From a bacterium (GTDB lineage: Bacteria; Zhuqueibacterota; Zhuqueibacteria; Residuimicrobiales; Krinioviventaceae), in assembly GCA_963674595.2 (NCBI GenBank), contig CAXXFV010000018.1, positions 1 to 64,000 of the forward strand: DNA of 64,000 nucleotides, given 5' to 3'. The notes below the pieces were generated by a model, which did no database searches, had not been told where the DNA came from, and was given only the letters and a program-made list of their open reading frames with translations. The position numbers were made by a program, and so were the translations under genes. Shown here in pieces: positions 59,370 through 64,000 of this stretch. Every line of letters begins with the position of its first letter. Positions within the stretch are counted from its first letter, which is position 1.

Positions 59370-59442
59370 GATAAAACACTATATTCAAAGTTAAATGAAA
59401 TGATTGAAAAAATCCAGATGATAAAAATAAAATTAATAATGG

Positions 59443-59468
59443 TGCAACATTTAAACAATCCATCTGTC
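59443..59468 (+). promoter_or_regulatory. ECF-type promoter for the DUF6249 gene
   Basis: Same TGCAACATTTA-N10-CTGTC motif on the opposite strand. Confidence 0.65.
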
Positions 59469-59518
59469 ATATATAATTGAAAGACAAAACAGTCTCACTG
59501 ATTATAAAGGAGAATACG

Positions 59519-59860
59519 ATGGGAGAATTAATACCTATTGTCATGTTTATTGTTGTTGCTGTCATTGTAAAAATTACTTCCGACAACCGTATCAAACGTA
59601 TTTTGATCGAAAAGGATATGGTAAACGAAAATATAAAGTATCTTACAGGAGATATCATCGAAAAATATGTATCACCATCATTGAAATGGGGCATTGTATT
59701 AACAGCCATAGGCGGCGCATTGTTACTGGCCCGGCTGGTACCCGCCCTTGATGATGAAGAGACTATTGTGGCAATGATGCTTATCGGCGGCGGCCTGGCT
59801 CTTATCTTTTATTATGCACTTGCAAAAAGCAGGATCAATAAAGAACAAAAAGATTTATAA
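59519..59860 (+). CDS. DUF6249-like small membrane protein
   Basis: RBS AAGGAG + ATG 59519; R..LIEK, SLKWGIVL..IG, three TM helices; divergent from the ECF sigma. Confidence 0.78.
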   Translation: MGELIPIVMFIVVAVIVKITSDNRIKRILIEKDMVNENIKYLTGDIIEKYVSPSLKWGIVLTAIGGALLLARLVPALDDEETIVAMMLIGGGLALIFYYALAKSRINKEQKDL

Positions 59861-59874
59861 TTGCACTTTCCTCC

Positions 59875-59910
59875 GGGAGTAAGGTTATTTACCTTACTCC
59901 CTCTCTTCTT
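59875..59910 (+). terminator. Intrinsic terminator
   Basis: GGGAGTAAGGT-tattt-ACCTTACTCCC followed by a pyrimidine tract. Confidence 0.7.
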
Positions 59911-59938
59911 CTTTCCATTCAAAACATCTTCTTTTTAC

Positions 59939-59967
59939 TTGAATTAAGTCTAAAAAATTTGTATATA
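59939..59967 (+). promoter_or_regulatory. Sigma70-type promoter for the purU operon
   Basis: TTGAAT-N17-TATATA. Confidence 0.45.
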
Positions 59968-60012
59968 TATTTTCCGTTTGAATAATTTCTAAAAATAGCG
60001 CAAAAGGAAAAA

Positions 60013-60882
60013 ATGATGACAAAACAGAATTCCGTTTCTGCGATATTACTAATATACTGTCCTGATCAACAGGGTATTGTAGCGGCGATTACAAAATTTT
60101 TAGCTGAATATAACGGCAACATTCTCCATTTGGACCAGCATGTAGATCTTGAGCAAAATGTGTTCTTTACGCGGGTTGAGTGGGATTTGACCGATTTTGC
60201 ACTCAAAAGAAAAGACATATTTGAACGTTTTAAACCGATTGCTGAAAAATTTTCCATGACATGGGACGTACATTTTACAGACTATAAACCCAAAGTAGCT
60301 GTTTTTGTCTCCAAACTGACCCACTGCTTATATGACGTATTGTCACGATACCAGTCCGGTGAATGGAACATTGAAATCCCGTTGGTCATCAGCAACCATC
60401 CGGATGCGAACCCGATCGTTAAAAAATTTGATATAAACTATTTTGAAATACCTGTGAGCGGTGAAAACAAGGAAAAACAGGAAAAAAAACAGCTACAGTT
60501 GTTATCGGACCATGAGATAGATTTTGTCGTGCTGGCGCGTTATATGCAGATATTATCACCCCAATTTTTAGACAGCTACCAAAACAGAGTCATTAATATT
60601 CATCATTCTTTTCTGCCGGCCTTTCCAGGTGCAAAACCCTATCACTCCGCCTATGCCCGGGGTGTTAAAATTATCGGTGCGACAAGCCATTACGTTACTT
60701 CTGATCTGGATGCGGGCCCGATTATCGAACAGGATATTATCCGGGTTACTCATAAAAATTCCATCAAAGATATCATTCACAAAGGCAAAGACCTGGAGAA
60801 AATAGTACTGGCACGTGCTATATGGTATCATCTTCAACATAAAATTTTGGTATATAACAATAAAACGGTTGTCTTTGATTAA
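60013..60882 (+). CDS. purU: Formyltetrahydrofolate deformylase
   Basis: ACT domain CPDQQGIVA, SK..HCL, LARYMQIL, INIHHSFLPAF.GAKPY, GATSHYVT.DLDAGPIIEQ. Confidence 0.96.
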   Translation: MMTKQNSVSAILLIYCPDQQGIVAAITKFLAEYNGNILHLDQHVDLEQNVFFTRVEWDLTDFALKRKDIFERFKPIAEKFSMTWDVHFTDYKPKVAVFVSKLTHCLYDVLSRYQSGEWNIEIPLVISNHPDANPIVKKFDINYFEIPVSGENKEKQEKKQLQLLSDHEIDFVVLARYMQILSPQFLDSYQNRVINIHHSFLPAFPGAKPYHSAYARGVKIIGATSHYVTSDLDAGPIIEQDIIRVTHKNSIKDIIHKGKDLEKIVLARAIWYHLQHKILVYNNKTVVFD

Positions 60883-62015
60883 TGGAAGGAACCAAACAAA
60901 ATATAGTTATTTTAGGTTCCGGCATGGTCGGCCGGGCAATAGCAGCAGACTTGAGCTATGATTATAATGTCACGGCTGTTGATATTGATAAAAATAATTT
61001 AGCAGAGCTTGAAAAAACGCATTCGGTTAAAACCGTGTGCGCAAACCTGGGTGATGTTGAACAACTAAACGCCTGTATCAAAGACCAGGACCTAGTTATC
61101 GGCGCCGTTCCCGGATTCATGGGATATAAAACCCTTAAAAATGTCATACTTATCAAAAAAAATATTGTTGATATTTCTTTTTTTCCTGAAGACCCGTTTG
61201 ATCTGTTTGATTTAGCCAAAGACAACAATGTAACAGCGATTATCGACTGTGGTGTTGCACCGGGCATGAGTAATTTGATTTTGGGATATCATAATGCCCG
61301 AATGGACGTTAAACGATTCGAATGTTATGTAGGCGGTCTGCCGTTTACACGGACCTGGCCCTTTAACTACAAGGCCCCTTTTTCACCCATTGACGTTCTT
61401 GAAGAGTATACCCGGCCTGCACGTCTGGTTGAAAACAGCCGGATCGTTACAAAACCGGCCCTGACAGATCCGGAAATCATCGAATTTGAAACCGTTGGAA
61501 GCCTGGAGGCCTTTAACACAGATGGTCTAAGAACATTGTTGAAAATTGACGTACCGTTTATGAAAGAAAAAACATTACGCTATCCGGGGCATATTGAAAT
61601 CATGCGCTTATTACGGGAAACAGGTTTTTTCTCAAAAAATCCGGTACAAATCAACAACACCTTTGTTACACCTCTGGAATTCACGTCGAAAATACTTTTT
61701 CCGCAATGGAAATTAAAAGAGAACGAAAAAGAATTTACCGTGATGCGTGTTATTGTAAACGGCCTTGAAGGCAATAAAGAAAAAACATACGAATACAACC
61801 TGTTTGATCAATATGACAAAAAGACCAAAACAAGTTCAATGGCACGGACCACAGGCTATACCTGTACAGCCGCCGCCCGTTTGCTATTAAGCGGGAAATT
61901 CGATGAAAAAGGACTTTATCCCCCGGAAACAATCGCCGACAAACCGGGCGTATTTCAACATATAATTGATTATTTAAAAGAACGAAATATACACTACGAC
62001 CTTGAGGAATATTAG
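60882..62015 (+). CDS. Saccharopine dehydrogenase-family oxidoreductase (lysine 6-dehydrogenase-like)
   Basis: GSGMVG, DCGVAPGMSN, YVGGLP, EAFNTDGL, KTLRYPGH, SMARTTGY. Confidence 0.88.
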   Translation: MEGTKQNIVILGSGMVGRAIAADLSYDYNVTAVDIDKNNLAELEKTHSVKTVCANLGDVEQLNACIKDQDLVIGAVPGFMGYKTLKNVILIKKNIVDISFFPEDPFDLFDLAKDNNVTAIIDCGVAPGMSNLILGYHNARMDVKRFECYVGGLPFTRTWPFNYKAPFSPIDVLEEYTRPARLVENSRIVTKPALTDPEIIEFETVGSLEAFNTDGLRTLLKIDVPFMKEKTLRYPGHIEIMRLLRETGFFSKNPVQINNTFVTPLEFTSKILFPQWKLKENEKEFTVMRVIVNGLEGNKEKTYEYNLFDQYDKKTKTSSMARTTGYTCTAAARLLLSGKFDEKGLYPPETIADKPGVFQHIIDYLKERNIHYDLEEY

Positions 62016-62023
62016 TACCACCT

Positions 62024-62674
62024 ATGCCGAAAAAAAAATTGAAGCGCATGAAGGCGCTTCCGTCCTTCGAAACAGTAGTTCAACATCCGGAAAAGTATCG
62101 CGGAACATGGAACAAGAACTATTTTAAAAACAACAATAAAATCACTCTGGAATTGGCCTGTGGAAAAGGTGATTATACAATTGCTTTGGCAGAAAAATAT
62201 CCCGGCCAAAATTTCATAGGAATTGATCTAAAAGGGGCGCGTCTTTATATCGGAGCTCAAAAAGCGCAGAATCAAAACCTGAAAAATGCAGCGTTTATTA
62301 ACACAAACATCCAGAATTTGGCTGATATTTTTGGGCCCGAGGAAATTTCGGAAATATGGATTCCCTTTCCGGATCCATACCCCAAAGTCAGCAAAGCAGG
62401 AAAAAGGCTTGTTTCTCACGGTTACCTTGCTCTTTATCAACAAATAATTGATAAAGATTGTCACATACATTTCAAAACAGATGATGACCCGCTTTTCCGT
62501 TATGCGCTCGCATCCATAGAATCCTTTCATGGTGAAATTGTGCATTCGTTAAAAGACATATATGAACAACAGTTGGAAAACGAAAACATAACCGTACAAA
62601 CAACATACGAAAAGCGTCATCTGCAATCCGGTAAAAAAATCAAATACATTTGTTTCACATTAAAAAAGATCTAG
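62024..62674 (+). CDS. trmB: tRNA (guanine-N7)-methyltransferase
   Basis: LELACGKG, NFIGID, FPDPYPK, FKTD, TTYEKR. Confidence 0.93.
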   Translation: MPKKKLKRMKALPSFETVVQHPEKYRGTWNKNYFKNNNKITLELACGKGDYTIALAEKYPGQNFIGIDLKGARLYIGAQKAQNQNLKNAAFINTNIQNLADIFGPEEISEIWIPFPDPYPKVSKAGKRLVSHGYLALYQQIIDKDCHIHFKTDDDPLFRYALASIESFHGEIVHSLKDIYEQQLENENITVQTTYEKRHLQSGKKIKYICFTLKKI

Positions 62675-62816
62675 TTTCTTTTTATTCATTGATTCTTGCA
62701 AGATTTCTTTTTAACTTGAATTCCAGGAATTAAAAAATTAAATCGGGAACTTTTGCGGTTAAAATTAAATTATAATAGAGTCTGGTTTAATCATATAAAA
62801 ACTGACAAAACATAAT

Positions 62817-63567
62817 ATGGATGCTTTAAATTTTTCTCAGGTGGCCGACCGGTTGTCAAAGGCAAAACATGTTGCCGTATTGACAGGTGCAGGAATTTCT
62901 GCGGAAAGCGGAATAGCAACATTTCGTGGAGAAGGCGGTTTATGGCAGAAATTTAAGCCTGAAGAATTGGCAAGTATGGACGCATTCATGCGCAATCCTC
63001 AATTGGTATGGGAATGGTATGAATATCGTCGTAAAATCATCAATGAAGTTACTCCAAATGCTGCGCACCATATTTTGTCAGAAATGGAAAAGTATTATGA
63101 ACATTTTACTCTCAGCACTCAAAATGTAGATAGTCTGCACGTTCAGGCAGGAAACAAAAACGTTCTTGAATTACATGGAAACATTTTACGTAATAAATGC
63201 TCTCAATGTAATAAAATAATGTTTGATGTACATTTTAAAAAGGGTGATGTACTTCCACGTTGCGAATGCGGCGGCATGATAAGACCAGATGTTGTCTGGT
63301 TTGGAGAAATGCTACCTTCTGAAGTTTTGGAAGCGTCATTTGAAGCTGCAACGACCGCAGATGTATACCTGTCTATTGGTACCTTCTGCGATAGTTTATC
63401 CGGCGGCCATGCTTCCTATTGAGGCAAAACGGCACGGAGCTTTTGTCATAGAAATCAATCTTGATCAAACACCATTGACAAAACAAGTGGATGTCAGTTT
63501 TTTAGGAAAGGCCGGAGAAATTTTACCAGTATTATGGGAAGCCGTAAAAAATTCACCCCAATCTTGA
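62817..63567 (+). pseudogene. cobB: NAD-dependent deacylase (sirtuin) split by a one-base frameshift near 63384
   Basis: GAGISAESGIATFRG, QNVD.LH, HGN, CxxC..CxC, RPDVVWFGE; IGT continues as SAIVYPAA...EIN...GKAGE in the +1 frame. Could be a sequencing error. Confidence 0.85.
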
Positions 63568-63589
63568 ATAATTTTTAGAAATTGTTATT

Positions 63590-64000
63590 ATGAAGCCCTG
63601 CAATAAAGTTTATATTCTCTTCATTGTCCTGTTATTTTCAGGATGCGCCTATTACAATACATTTTTTAATGCAAAACAAGCTTTTAATAACGCAGAAAAA
63701 GAGCGTAAAAAACGGGAAAAAACACAAATCGTTGAATTATCTGCTGAAGAAAAAGCGCAATTAAAAAAGAAAGGCCAATATTACTCAAACAGCAGCAACA
63801 GGGCCAGTACCCAGGAGATGCAGGAATATCAGGTTGCCATCGAAAAATCTTCCAAAGTTTTAGAATTTTATCCCAAAAGTAAATATATTGATGATGCGCT
63901 GGACCTTATCGGAAAAAGCTTTTATTACCGTCGTGAATATAAAAGAGCTCTTAGAAAATTTGAAGAAATTATAAAGTTGTATCCTGAAAGTGATTATGTA
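63590..64000 (+). CDS. TPR-containing lipoprotein (BamD/SprE-like), runs off the window end
   Basis: Translated by hand: MKPCNKVYILFIVLLFSGCAYYNTFFNAKQAF...YPKSKYIDDALDLIGKSFYY...ALRKFEE...YPES; lipobox FSGC. Confidence 0.8.
   Translation, partial: MKPCNKVYILFIVLLFSGCAYYNTFFNAKQAFNNAEKERKKREKTQIVELSAEEKAQLKKKGQYYSNSSNRASTQEMQEYQVAIEKSSKVLEFYPKSKYIDDALDLIGKSFYYRREYKRALRKFEEIIKLYPESDYV

Noticed and set aside
1-64000. The many 60-160 aa ORFs overlapping larger genes on the opposite strand or in other frames
   Set aside because: They are shadows of well-supported CDS and carry no recognisable motifs.
1-64000. CRISPR array, tRNA/rRNA, intact IS, integrase or prophage
   Set aside because: No spaced direct repeats, cloverleaf or rRNA-like tracts, or transposase/integrase motifs seen by eye; a covariance-model search was not possible.

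Overview
AT-rich bacterial chromosomal window, probably from an anaerobic FCB-group lineage such as Calditrichota/KSB1. That placement is an inference from a C-terminal 'QNYPNPFNPTTTI' FlgD-Ig/T9SS-type sorting domain and a dockerin-like tail. About 60 CDS are supported; I saw no rRNA, tRNA, CRISPR array or intact transposase. Housekeeping genes: thrA-thrH-thrC, an RluA-family gene, rsgA, ino1, purU, trmB and a frameshifted cobB. Accessory blocks: (i) an Orange-protein (ORP)-type Fe-S cluster headed by PadR with a perfect operator palindrome, near an IscU-methyltransferase fusion; (ii) secreted carbohydrate-related proteins, including a Tat-exported fucose-isomerase-like protein, an SGNH/FG-GAP/dockerin protein and a GH78; (iii) an ActP/DUF4212/DcaP carboxylate uptake unit; (iv) an ECF sigma/anti-sigma pair with twin divergent promoters. 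The best candidate for an undescribed system is the minus-strand gene run 50274->39806, downstream of a sigma54 activator and two matching palindromes. It encodes a non-ThrC PLP enzyme, a DUF1611 (DgcN-like) protein, a MurL-like PP-loop domain fused to a creatininase-family amidohydrolase, an enolase-family epimerase (DgcA/AEE-like), a cation-chloride cotransporter homolog and TerC. Together these suggest an uncharacterised D-amino-acid/N-acyl-amino-acid or small-peptide pathway. All calls come from motif recognition by eye; no database searches were run.
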